This document shows, piece by piece, positions 1-9,094 of a stretch of DNA of 64,000 nt. Origin of the DNA: Candidatus Poribacteria bacterium (GTDB lineage Bacteria; Poribacteria; WGA-4E; JAJDTR01); contig CBDCTK010000002.1 in the NCBI GenBank assembly GCA_965222225.1, forward strand, positions 3,392,001 to 3,456,000, read 5' to 3'. The translations under genes were made by a program, and so were the position numbers. The first letter of the stretch is position 1. Every line of letters starts with the position of its first letter. The notes beneath the pieces were generated by a model. It saw only the letters and a list, made by a program, of their open reading frames with translations, searched no databases and had not been told where the DNA came from.

Positions 1-248
1 CGCAAATAAACGAGACAAGCGTAGCTCGCGTTGAAAATTTCACTTTCATGGACGTCAAACCCCAAGGTTCGCATTTGTTCATGGAGCATTTTCGGGGTCT
101 TGGCTGTGATATTTGTAAGAAAACGAATCTGATACCCTTTCTCGCGCAGATATTTTACAGTTCGAACTGCCTTGGGGTAAGGTTCATTCTTGAAATAGAG
201 CGTGCCATCCAGGTCGATTAGGAAAGCCTTGGGGTTTGCTGTTGTCAT
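1..248 (-). CDS. HAD-superfamily hydrolase, subfamily IIA (runs off window edge)
   Basis: Manual translation MTTANPKAFLIDLDGTLYFKNEPYPKAVRTVKYLREKGYQIRFLTNIT shows the DxDGT motif I and LTN motif II; GGAGG RBS just upstream. Confidence 0.85.
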   Translation of the reverse strand, partial: MTTANPKAFLIDLDGTLYFKNEPYPKAVRTVKYLREKGYQIRFLTNITAKTPKMLHEQMRTLGFDVHESEIFNASYACLVYL

Positions 249-360
249 ACCTCCCTCCTCATCTTGTGCACGATCTTGTGCACGCGTGCGCAAGTCATTC
301 CGCCAACGGGCTGCGCAGATTCCTTGGCAGAAAGATCCTCGGAGCAAACCCTTTCGTGCA

Positions 361-1190
361 TCATGGGGTCCAACACCCCTCTGTGTACGCTTCGCGGGTA
401 AACAGCTTCTTACGCGTCGTGTTGGCGTGCGCCATCCATTCGGGCGGAATCTCTTGGGTGTAACGGTGTGGGGGCCAGCTTCCTTGAAGATATCGATATT
501 GAAGATTCGGTACGGTTGTGGGGAATCTAACGCTTTCGCCTCAACCGCATGAAAAATACGGGCGTTAATGTAGACCATGCTACCCGGTGGCAGGGAGAGC
601 CGTTTCTCTTTGAGCCTGCATCCAGCCTCGGCGTCGAATTCGCCCGTCAGCATCCGCTCCGGCGTCGCGGATTCGGTCGGCGCAACCCGGTGGCTGCCGG
701 GGATGACTTTCAGATTGCGGTCACCGAGGGTGAATCCGTTGGGATAATACAGAATCTGCACATAATACTTGTCACGTTCGGCAAGATTGATCGGATTCTC
801 ATGCTTCCAATGGTGATGGTCCTGATGGTACGGAACCGACCCAATGCCGCGTGGGGCGATATTCATCGCAGAATGGCAGAAATGATAATCGTCGCCGATG
901 GTGGATCGTAGCAAGGAGGTTATGAAGGGATCGTCAATCAACCGATCACTATACGGTCGGCGTTCGTTCCAGGGGCGAATGAAATACGATTTCGGTTCCG
1001 CGCCATTTTGCTCCATTGCATCAAGGTACTGCCGCGCAGGTTCGTATTCCGTGATTTCCGCAATCAGGTTTTCCCTTGCCTCATCGGTGAGGACATCCGG
1101 ATAGACGATGTACCCATCGTTATGAAAGGAATCAATATCCGCTTCGGTTGGCCCCGATATGCGAAATAGAGATTCCAATTCAACTGTCAT
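361..1190 (-). pseudogene. Phytanoyl-CoA dioxygenase (PhyH) family protein with an apparent 1-nt frameshift near its 3' end
   Basis: Manual translation from ATG 1190 gives FHNDGYIV, YHQDH, VIPGSH, PPGSMVYINARIFHA. The natural-looking C-terminus (HRYTQEIPPEW...TP*, stop 361-363) is in another frame after the G5 run at 470-474. Confidence 0.75.
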
Positions 1191-1252
1191 GAATACCACT
1201 CCTTCCGTTCTCCCATCCTTCCAATCTTCCGTTGCAACGCAATTGAATTAAT

Positions 1253-2392
1253 TCAACGGTGTATTGGTCTTGCGCGTCCAACTTTCGCCTTTTCACAATA
1301 GGCCTCCACCTGTTTCGCAAGTGAAAGCAACCGTGCTTCCGAAACGTCACCACGTGGTTCCAGTTCCGTCAACAGCCTTTCAAGTTCTTCGGCATCAATC
1401 GGCTTCCTTCTGGCAATTTCCTCCACGAAGCTAGTTGTCTCCAGATTCGGGTTGATATGCCATCGTGCCGCAAGATCTGACCGAAATGTGTCGCGTATCT
1501 GCCTCAAAATTGCACGACGTGCATCTCCTTTCTGATACAAGGCGGTCATGGCGTGCACATACTCTGAACTGACGCGCCTGTTTGATTCCTCCACCGCTAT
1601 CGGGTTGCCGAATCGCCTGCCGCGAAGAATCAGAAACAGGAAAACAATCCCCCCTGTATAAACGACACCCAAACCACCCGATGTATTGAACAACAGATAC
1701 GTCAACGGGTTTGCTGGCGATGCCGAACCGGCAGCGTAGTAGCCGAATTGCGCGAGCCCGACACGCGCACGGTTGGGCAACGTCGTCATCAGGTTGTATA
1801 GGAATGTTGCGTTTCGATTATCTTGTAAGCCGTGACGGGCAAAAATCTCTGGGCAGGACATGAAAACGGCATGCCCGTCCCCCTCATGAAAAGTTACGAT
1901 CGAATAATCTGTGCCCTGTCCGTAAAGCGGTGCAACATCCCGTCCCGACGATTGGATGGCGTAATCCGTATTGGAGTAGATTTCGTCCACCGGACGGTTT
2001 GGAAAGAGGGGGTCTGTTGGAATTCGATGTGAGGTTTCCAACGAGTTTGACGCTTTATGCATCTCCAATCCGTAATGGTGCAATAAAGAATTAAGTGATT
2101 CGTGTTCCCCTGCGACAATCAGGGTGCCGCCGTCTTCAACGAAGCGGCGTATCTCCTCAATCTCCTGATCGCTTAATTCTCGACGTAGGCGCCACAGAAA
2201 TAGCGCGTCCAACCGATCTAGCCTAGCGGGTTGTGCCGCGTTAATCTTCGTCACGCGGAATTTTAACCTCTGCATGACACGGTAAAGCGCGCTTTCCTGA
2301 TCGGGCAGGCCGCACGAGGATTCAAGAAAGCAGAGTGCAATCAAGACGATGTAAAGGAGGCAAGACTTGGAGTTGCTCACAGAAAAATTCAC
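1253..2392 (-). CDS. DUF4350-type membrane-anchored protein
   Basis: 379 aa ORF; FVEDGGTLIVAG, DNRNATFL, TM helix then RGRRFG, EYVHAMTALYQK, typical of DUF4350 proteins. Confidence 0.7.
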   Translation of the reverse strand: MNFSVSNSKSCLLYIVLIALCFLESSCGLPDQESALYRVMQRLKFRVTKINAAQPARLDRLDALFLWRLRRELSDQEIEEIRRFVEDGGTLIVAGEHESLNSLLHHYGLEMHKASNSLETSHRIPTDPLFPNRPVDEIYSNTDYAIQSSGRDVAPLYGQGTDYSIVTFHEGDGHAVFMSCPEIFARHGLQDNRNATFLYNLMTTLPNRARVGLAQFGYYAAGSASPANPLTYLLFNTSGGLGVVYTGGIVFLFLILRGRRFGNPIAVEESNRRVSSEYVHAMTALYQKGDARRAILRQIRDTFRSDLAARWHINPNLETTSFVEEIARRKPIDAEELERLLTELEPRGDVSEARLLSLAKQVEAYCEKAKVGRARPIHR

Positions 2393-3033
2393 CCGCTCGA
2401 TACATACACTTTTTTCAACATCTCTCGGTAATAGGTAACGGTATCCGCGTCACACGGTTTGTAGCCGTACCAAACATCATCAAACACCTGAATTGCCGGC
2501 CGCAGCGCGCTCTGTAATTCAGCGCGCATCTGCAATGTGCGCAGATATTCCAGATTGGTCAAGCTCTTATCATAGGTGAGTATGCCGCGCTCCTGAAGGT
2601 GAAAAATTGCCGATAAATAGAGGAAGCGGAGCGCTTCCCTAAAGTTCTGTGATGCAACTGCTTTTTCAGATTGCGTGAGCGCCGCCTGCTCTGTCGCCAC
2701 GCTTTCCATTGCAGATTCGGTCATCTCATCCCGCGCCTCGGTAACCAGATTCCCGCGAATCTGTTGAATGAAAAAGATGCTTACACCAATCAGAAGGATG
2801 CAGCCTAGCACGAGAAGAACGTGTTTGAGATTGATATCCATGTGCCTACGAGGTGCGAGGAGCTTGCTCAAAAGATTCTCGTACTCCTCAAAGGAAACTT
2901 CCATCTTATCGTGGTTCGCTTCCACCTCTTCTCTAAATCGCTTCTCCTCTGTCTCGACCGCGAACAAAACAGGGATTGTCGTCAAAAAGAGTATCGCGCA
3001 GATAGCAGTTTTAAGGTTTGAGAATATCTTCAC
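2389..3033 (-). CDS. DUF4129 domain membrane protein
   Basis: FREALRFLYL, SLTNLEYL, FDDVWYG motifs; 4-nt overlap with the DUF4350 gene. Confidence 0.8.
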   Translation of the reverse strand: MKIFSNLKTAICAILFLTTIPVLFAVETEEKRFREEVEANHDKMEVSFEEYENLLSKLLAPRRHMDINLKHVLLVLGCILLIGVSIFFIQQIRGNLVTEARDEMTESAMESVATEQAALTQSEKAVASQNFREALRFLYLSAIFHLQERGILTYDKSLTNLEYLRTLQMRAELQSALRPAIQVFDDVWYGYKPCDADTVTYYREMLKKVYVSSG

Positions 3034-3176
3034 AATGTCTAGGATTCGTGAAACTGGGCTAGCTAATACCTAAGCTTAGATAGGCTCCACGTTAATTGAT
3101 AGGTAAGGCTGGGGAGAGTTCGGCTAGGTCGACTGTGGAAACGAGGGTTGAAATGCCTGTTAGCCCACGACTGTTG

Positions 3177-4073
3177 TCACGCCCCTTCGCTAGTCACGCG
3201 CATCTCAATATCGAACCCCTCTTTCCGAATTCGACGGTCGAAGTAGACCAGTGTTGCACCAATAATGCCGATTGGCAGCATCAGGCTAGTGATGGCGAGA
3301 CTGACGAAATGCCGGATTGAATAAGCGATTAATTCTTCCCAAGTCGTCAGTTGCGGCATGAACATTTGTCGCAGTATTTCCACCAAATCTCCATCTCCAC
3401 CAATCGCTTGCGATAAGCCGAGCACGAACAGTAAAGAAAATTGTAGTATGGATTGAACAAAGAAAACCAGCAGAATAACCCCTATCATCATACCAAAAAC
3501 ACGCCACCACCCGCCTTTAACCAATTCACTGCTGCGTTTGAGTGCCCTGACTGCCGATTTTTCCTCAAACACTGCCGCCAGACTGCAAAATATCCAACGA
3601 AATCCAAAAAACAAAGCGAAAGGAATACCGATGAGAGTAACAGTCAATAACCCGACAACTAAAGCGTAGAGAAGATTGCTTTCAAGGTAGGGCCAAAACC
3701 TGCGTTTGGTTTGCTTGAATGCCGTGCCAGCGGTAATCCGTTTACCCAAGAAGGCTTGAGCGCTTCCGAAGACTAATCCGCCTATGACGAACAGCATAAC
3801 CACGGAGCTAATCAAGGTAAGGACACCGGTTATTAGTATCAACATGCTGGTTTCGCCAGAGCTGGCGGCGGCAACCGTGGAAATACTAATCAAAAGATTG
3901 ACAACGAATCCGCAGACAAAATAAACGCTGCAAATGCTCACAAACAGGCGGAAATGGTTGCGATAGAGACTGAACATTGAGTCTAAAATGTCCGTGAACC
4001 CCATCGGTTGAAGCGATGCCGCACCCGTCTCATCACCGCCGCTTACTCCAGATGAATCATTAGATTGTAACAT
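3177..4073 (-). CDS. Multi-pass membrane protein (glycerophosphodiester phosphodiesterase membrane-domain-like)
   Basis: LQPMGFTDILD, ALKRSSELVKGGWWRVFG, YFDRRIRKEGFDIE. Start moved to ATG 4073 (GGGGAG RBS) because the upstream ORF extension runs through a REP repeat. Confidence 0.75.
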   Translation of the reverse strand: MLQSNDSSGVSGGDETGAASLQPMGFTDILDSMFSLYRNHFRLFVSICSVYFVCGFVVNLLISISTVAAASSGETSMLILITGVLTLISSVVMLFVIGGLVFGSAQAFLGKRITAGTAFKQTKRRFWPYLESNLLYALVVGLLTVTLIGIPFALFFGFRWIFCSLAAVFEEKSAVRALKRSSELVKGGWWRVFGMMIGVILLVFFVQSILQFSLLFVLGLSQAIGGDGDLVEILRQMFMPQLTTWEELIAYSIRHFVSLAITSLMLPIGIIGATLVYFDRRIRKEGFDIEMRVTSEGA

Positions 4074-4100
4074 TTTCTCTCCCCATGTACTCAAATGGCT

Positions 4101-4190
4101 TGACTCACGCGGCAACAAGCGGCCCCGCGTTGGTAGACAGGGCATCTTGCCCTGCCACGCTAGGTGGTCACGATCGGGAGGCGCTCCTAC
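4101..4190 (-). repeat. GTAG-type REP doublet, homologous to 26697-26788 in the opposite orientation
   Basis: Reverse complement GTAGGAGCGCCTCCCGATCGTGACC...GGCAGGGCAAGATGCCCTGTCTACC matches 26697 GTAGGAGCGATCTCCTGGTCGCGACC...GGCAGGCCAAGATGCCCTGCCTACC. Confidence 0.8.
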
Positions 4191-4418
4191 AGGGATTGGA
4201 ACGTAGAAACAAGTAATAAACTGCTCTGCCGCGAGCCTGTAGTTACTCAATTGCACAAGTCCTATGGTAAATCACAGTTGATCCATGACGCACACATACA
4301 GGTGCAATAATAGCACACCCCACTACGATTGTAAAGAGCCGGCGAGAAAGTCTTGGTTGTCGTCTTCACTGAACAATCCGCCCGATACACCATCTATCTT
4401 GTCGAGGCAAGTCCTGCC

Positions 4419-4633
4419 TAGGGCGTGTAGACATTCATGTGAGTTGTGTCCACAATTCGCCGATAAATACCCAATCGTAGGGGCGAGGTCCCCTCGCCCA
4501 ATGACTTGAGAAACGCAACCCCTACGGCCTCTGCTCCGCCTACTCCCGTTTCCCGCTTCCGTTGGGTTGAGCATTGGGTTTCACGGTTCCCGTTCAACCC
4601 AACCTACGTGATGTCAAATGTCAACAGAACCTA
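4419..4633. mobile_element. Putative MITE containing two GTAG REP hairpins
   Basis: Imperfect terminal inverted repeats TAGGGCGTGTAGACATT / AATGTCAACAGAACCTA (13 of 17 match). Inside: GTAGGGGCGAGGTCCCCTCGCCC at 4477 and a minus-strand GTAGGTTGGGTTGAACG ending at 4607. Confidence 0.5.
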
Positions 4634-4656
4634 GTAATTGTAGGGTACGCACTGCG

Positions 4657-4800
4657 ATCAGGCGACTGGACAAGGAGCGATCAAACGAGTGGACAGCGAG
4701 TGCGATAGAGATCCCCCTCAAACGAGTGGATAACGATCAACCGACTGAATAAGGAGGGCGATAGCAAATCCCATGCGATAGAAATCCCCTATAGATTCCT
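4657..4800 (+). repeat. GA-hairpin element cluster (4 units, nested)
   Basis: Units start at 4657, 4680, 4718 and 4736; follows the truncated REP GTAGGGTACGCACTGCG (4640). Confidence 0.9.
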
Positions 4801-4913
4801 CTCCCGATCGCGACTTCTTGAGCGTTTGTAGAATCAACAGGTCGCATGAGGCGACTTCACCAGCCAAGAAGCAGCCAACAAAAATCTAGTATGACTCGCT
4901 GTTTCCCGCACCT

Positions 4914-7505
4914 TCATATTCTCGCGCGTCGGAAATCTATACGACGCAGCGCAATGTCTGCGAGCAACAGCAGTAGAGCAATTATGAGGAATGGTCGCCA
5001 GAGATGAATCCGAAGAACGACCGGCTGATCGGGGGAACGAAATGTGTCTTCAGGTAGGACGTTGAATCTGCCGCCGGACACCGCCGCCAGTTGGGTTAGG
5101 CGGGCTTCGTCGGCGTTGTGAACGAGGTATTCTTCCGGATAGGAAACCACAGTGCCGGTTACTTGCGTATGCACGACCTCGCCGCTCCGCTTCTGCATGA
5201 TGTTGACGAAATACGGTCCGACATCATTCGTCGAGAAATCAAGTTCATACCGCCCCGGAGCAGTCTGCGCCACCCCAAGTTGCTTCTTCTTCAGGTCAGG
5301 CGCGATAAGGGAGATGTCGCTCTCCAACTCGTTCAGAAAATCTCCGGTCTCACCAAGGGCGTCAATCGCCAGGTGTGCGTTTCCCTTCTCCTGCTTGATT
5401 TCCGCTTGAAAATTGCTCAGCGTTGTTTTGCGCATCGTGTCGCGCACCAACTGTGCCCAAAACTTGCCGTAACCTGGCCACTCCAACCAATCGGAAGCCC
5501 AACGCGCTTTGGCGTCGGAGGTGAAGGCGACAGATTTGCCCAAGCCGTACTGCCAACTTGCCAATAGTGGATCGCCGCGATCGGAGACGGGGAAAATTTC
5601 AGCCGTTGGTCGTGGTTGTGTGGCGACGTAGCCGAGTAGAAATGGTGCAACTTGAAGATCGATCCCGCTCAAGACCTGCGTAGGCTTGATGAGTTGAGGA
5701 ATAAACGGTTCATCAATGATTGCCGACTTTGATGCGGTTATGGTCTCCTTTGCAAAAATCTGCGGAATATTGTAAGGATCCTGCGTAACGTAATCGCGTC
5801 CGCCTCCCCAGTTGGCGAGGTTGCCCAGCAGATTCATGTCGGCACCGCTGCCGATGCCGACTGTGGAAATCGTGATGCGCTCCGCACGCATTGAACTCGC
5901 GATGCCGTACCAATCCCCGGGTTGTGACATGCCGTCGCTCAGAACGATGACATTTTTTAGCTTGGCATTCGTCTCCGTCAGAGCGAGATACGCTTGTTCG
6001 AGTGCGGGGTAGAGGTTCGTACCGCCGTTCGCAGTGATTGAACCTATCTGATCGGAGAGGTACAGCTTGTCCGAAGCGGAATGCATCTCGGCAATCCAGA
6101 ACGGCGAGCCGTCAAAAGCGACAACACCGATTTTGTCGCGTCTGCCCAACAGTTCTACCGCCCCGCGCGCCGCCTCTTTTGCCAACTCAATCTTGATGCC
6201 GCCCATGCTTCCCGACTTGTCAATCACTAGCACCATTGCCAGAGAAGGCGTTTCCTTTTTCTTCTCCGTGTCGGTACGGACAGGCAAGATGGCTTCAATC
6301 GGCGTTTTGTAGTAGCCTCCAAGTCCAAAACTGTTTTCGCTGCCCAACATCATGAATCCGCCGCCGAGATCCTGCACGTATGTGCGGATAAGCTCCATCT
6401 GCTTCTTGGTCAGGCGATTGGCAGGCACATCCGCGAACACGACAAGATCGTAGTTATGCAGGTCGGCAAGTTCGTCCGGAACTCCCAAGCCATTGCGGAC
6501 ATTAACGCGAATGTCGGCATCCTCGAGCGCCTGAGTTAGATAGCGCGCTTGCGGTTCGTTCTCGTCAATTAACAACACCTTCGATTTACCCGATACTACG
6601 ACAATGCCGAGTGCCCGATTGTTGTCGTAACGGGTGTCCTGCGTTGAGCGGGCAAGGGCATCAAAGGTTAACGTTCCGCTCTCCGTTGATGTCTGTGTAA
6701 ACAGCACCCGATTTTCGCCCGCAACCAAGCGAACCTCTTGCGTTGCGGCCTCGAATTTGTTCTTGAAAAGACGAATCTCCGCGATGTCCTCATGGTTGCT
6801 GTGGACAAGCACCTCCAAACTGAACGGCTCGCCCTGCTTAACTTGCACCGGAGCGTCAATCCGCTCCAGCATAACTTCCGGCTCATCACTCGGATAGAGT
6901 GGCACTGTGTCTATCTGTACGCCAAAGTCCTGCCCGCGATGTCCCGTGTGAATCGCATCTCCCTGCGTCTCCACGCCGTCAGTAACGAGAACAATCCGCT
7001 TATTCGCATTCGCCGGAAAAACACCCCACGCCATCTCGACCGCCTGTGCGATGTTGGTGGCGTCGCCTGCCTCCTCATCAGCTTCCAACCAAGACTGCTT
7101 GATTTCAGCAAGGTCCAGCTCATCTTCGGATTCAACGCGAAAATCTTTGAGTATCTCTGCCCTGTCCGTGAATCCAATGACACCCGCCTGCTGCCCTGCG
7201 CCTTGTGATTCCAGAGCTTCGTTGATATAGTCCGTCGACGTTTCTAAACCGATCGCCGAAATACTATCCGATATATCCGCCAGAAAGATTACCGCCAGTT
7301 CGTCGTCGGTCTTCAGGTATTGAAGATAGGCAACGCTCAGGATAAGCAGCACGACAATGATTGCTCTCATAATCAAGCTGACAATCCGCTGTGTTCGCGT
7401 CAGGTCCACGAGACTGCGGCGGTCGCCGTAGTATAGAGCGGGCAGCAGAAGAACCAGGAAAAGTAGAAATGGACGCGCGATTTCCATCGGTCTAAACCCG
7501 ATCAA
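4914..7505 (-). CDS. VWA-domain membrane protein with glutamine amidotransferase-like domain
   Basis: Two MIDAS motifs (DISDS, DKSGS), VLVTDG and VLSDG, GGGFMMLG, WQYGLGKSVAFTSD; N- and C-terminal TM helices. Confidence 0.85.
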   Translation of the reverse strand: MIGFRPMEIARPFLLFLVLLLPALYYGDRRSLVDLTRTQRIVSLIMRAIIVVLLILSVAYLQYLKTDDELAVIFLADISDSISAIGLETSTDYINEALESQGAGQQAGVIGFTDRAEILKDFRVESEDELDLAEIKQSWLEADEEAGDATNIAQAVEMAWGVFPANANKRIVLVTDGVETQGDAIHTGHRGQDFGVQIDTVPLYPSDEPEVMLERIDAPVQVKQGEPFSLEVLVHSNHEDIAEIRLFKNKFEAATQEVRLVAGENRVLFTQTSTESGTLTFDALARSTQDTRYDNNRALGIVVVSGKSKVLLIDENEPQARYLTQALEDADIRVNVRNGLGVPDELADLHNYDLVVFADVPANRLTKKQMELIRTYVQDLGGGFMMLGSENSFGLGGYYKTPIEAILPVRTDTEKKKETPSLAMVLVIDKSGSMGGIKIELAKEAARGAVELLGRRDKIGVVAFDGSPFWIAEMHSASDKLYLSDQIGSITANGGTNLYPALEQAYLALTETNAKLKNVIVLSDGMSQPGDWYGIASSMRAERITISTVGIGSGADMNLLGNLANWGGGRDYVTQDPYNIPQIFAKETITASKSAIIDEPFIPQLIKPTQVLSGIDLQVAPFLLGYVATQPRPTAEIFPVSDRGDPLLASWQYGLGKSVAFTSDAKARWASDWLEWPGYGKFWAQLVRDTMRKTTLSNFQAEIKQEKGNAHLAIDALGETGDFLNELESDISLIAPDLKKKQLGVAQTAPGRYELDFSTNDVGPYFVNIMQKRSGEVVHTQVTGTVVSYPEEYLVHNADEARLTQLAAVSGGRFNVLPEDTFRSPDQPVVLRIHLWRPFLIIALLLLLADIALRRIDFRRARI

Positions 7506-7653
7506 TTACGAGATTGAGGATTAAATGGCACTCACGATCGGCTTGTCTTGAAATCATTCAAATCAAAGAGCATCCAGTGTTAGTTACATCATTTCCATAG
7601 TTGTTTAGTTCGGTCCATAGAACCAGTCGGTTAGGATTCACGTATTTCGGTTT

Positions 7654-7679
7654 GTAGTAGTGCAATTCATTGCACGTCC
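7654..7679 (+). repeat. GTAG REP hairpin GTAGTAGTGCAATTCATTGCAC
   Basis: Identical copy at 46684; variants at 25248 and near 40674; stem GTGCAAT/ATTGCAC. Confidence 0.8.
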
Positions 7680-7754
7680 GGCATGGACGTATGTGAACCT
7701 GCTTCATCCGCATTGGCATTGTACTTCCCTGCTTGACGCCCTCCCTAGCTTCTC

Positions 7755-7831
7755 GGTCTGGATTGGCAAATCCAGACCATCAACCGAATGAACAGATCAA
7801 GCGACTGAATAAGGAGCGCGATTGGGATCCA
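7755..7831 (+). repeat. Palindrome GGTCTGGATT-GGCA-AATCCAGACC followed by 2 GA-hairpin units
   Basis: Related palindromes near 26598 and 36717; units start at 7779 and 7796. Confidence 0.8.
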
Positions 7832-7958
7832 CACGTTCGGATATGCTATTCCGACCAATTCGCGCGCATTATTCACAGGGATTGCGGCATGTCAGCGCAG
7901 ACATCAAAGCCGTAATAATTTGCTGCTGACACCTTTTTCCAAAATGAGCCGTCAGCTC

Positions 7959-8585
7959 CTAACGAATCTCCTCGTAAACGTAATCCAACCACTTATCCTG
8001 CGGTGGTATAATTGGGGGTGTTGCCGAAATCGGTGCCCAAAATAGTTTGAAGACATGCTCTCGATCGCCATTTACCTCCCATTCCTGCGCCGTTTCTCCC
8101 AGCGTGGTTAGCAGGAAAAAATACCTAGTTTTCCGCGCACTCACGTGTTCACTTGGCACCCATCCCGCAATCTTACAGCGGATGCATGTCGGGTCGGGTA
8201 CTCTGTCGTATTCGATATATGAGACGAGCGTGAACTCTTTGTGTTTAGAGTTGTAATTTACGGTTAGCCCCCTAGTCAGTTCTTCCTTGTAGGCGATTGA
8301 GCTTAAACTTGGTCTGCTATAAACCTGGGTTGTTTTGGCGATTATTCTCTCATTCTCTCCCAATTCATTTTCAACACAGCCGAGGGACTTTTCAATTTTT
8401 ACATTCCGCAGGCCAGTTTCCTCATAGACTTCTCTCTTTACAGCAGTTTCGGGGTTTTCACCGTCCTCCACGGTTCCGGCAGGGATTTGTACACCTGCCC
8501 GCGGATGTCTGAACAGCAGTAATTCTTTCACCCCATTGCATTCCCGTGTGACAAATGCAGTAACTTTCTCGACCATGCTGGTCAC
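7959..8585 (-). CDS. NUDIX hydrolase
   Basis: Nudix box GTVEDGENPETAVKREVYEETG. Confidence 0.9.
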   Translation of the reverse strand: MTSMVEKVTAFVTRECNGVKELLLFRHPRAGVQIPAGTVEDGENPETAVKREVYEETGLRNVKIEKSLGCVENELGENERIIAKTTQVYSRPSLSSIAYKEELTRGLTVNYNSKHKEFTLVSYIEYDRVPDPTCIRCKIAGWVPSEHVSARKTRYFFLLTTLGETAQEWEVNGDREHVFKLFWAPISATPPIIPPQDKWLDYVYEEIR

Positions 8586-8659
8586 TTGAATATCCCTCGG
8601 TTTTCGCGCGATGTCTCATGCCAGAGAATAAATTTGAATGCGCCTTTGATTTTCCATTT

Positions 8660-8977
8660 CTATCTCACCTGAGGTTGGGAAGATTTCCATTCTCTCTGAG
8701 CATCTTTGCCGAAGAACTTGCCTTCAACCGCCTCCTCAATGTCAATCTCAAATTGGTCGGCTAAAGCCGCAAGTATCACGAAGGCGTCGGCAATCTCCTC
8801 TTTAAGCCGATCGGCGCGAAACTCGTCGTAGTTTTTCGACCAAAGCCGTTTGAGTTCCGACGCAATCTCCCCAACCTCCTCGGACAATAGCACCCCCAGT
8901 TTAACAGGGTCCGTAACAAAACCACGCTTGCTGCGTTCATCGGCGATTTGTCTCTGAAGATTCGTTAAGTTGGTCAT
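8660..8977 (-). CDS. MazG-like nucleotide pyrophosphohydrolase
   Basis: LSEEVGEIA and EEIAD motifs, 105 aa. Confidence 0.8.
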   Translation of the reverse strand: MTNLTNLQRQIADERSKRGFVTDPVKLGVLLSEEVGEIASELKRLWSKNYDEFRADRLKEEIADAFVILAALADQFEIDIEEAVEGKFFGKDAQREWKSSQPQVR

Positions 8978-9094
8978 AAATTACTCCCTTGGCAAAAGAA
9001 AAAATGATAGCGGTGTTCTTCTGAGATTGTACCATCTTCCCGAAAATTGTGATAAGGAATCTACCCGAGCGCTAATACCGAATTAATAACAATT

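Noticed and set aside
4074-4256. N-terminal extension of ORF 3177-4256
   Set aside because: It runs through a REP doublet; a better start with an RBS lies at 4073.
4657-4800. CRISPR array interpretation of the 36-37 nt repeats
   Set aside because: There are no unique spacers, units abut or nest, internal positions vary with covariation, and no cas genes are present.
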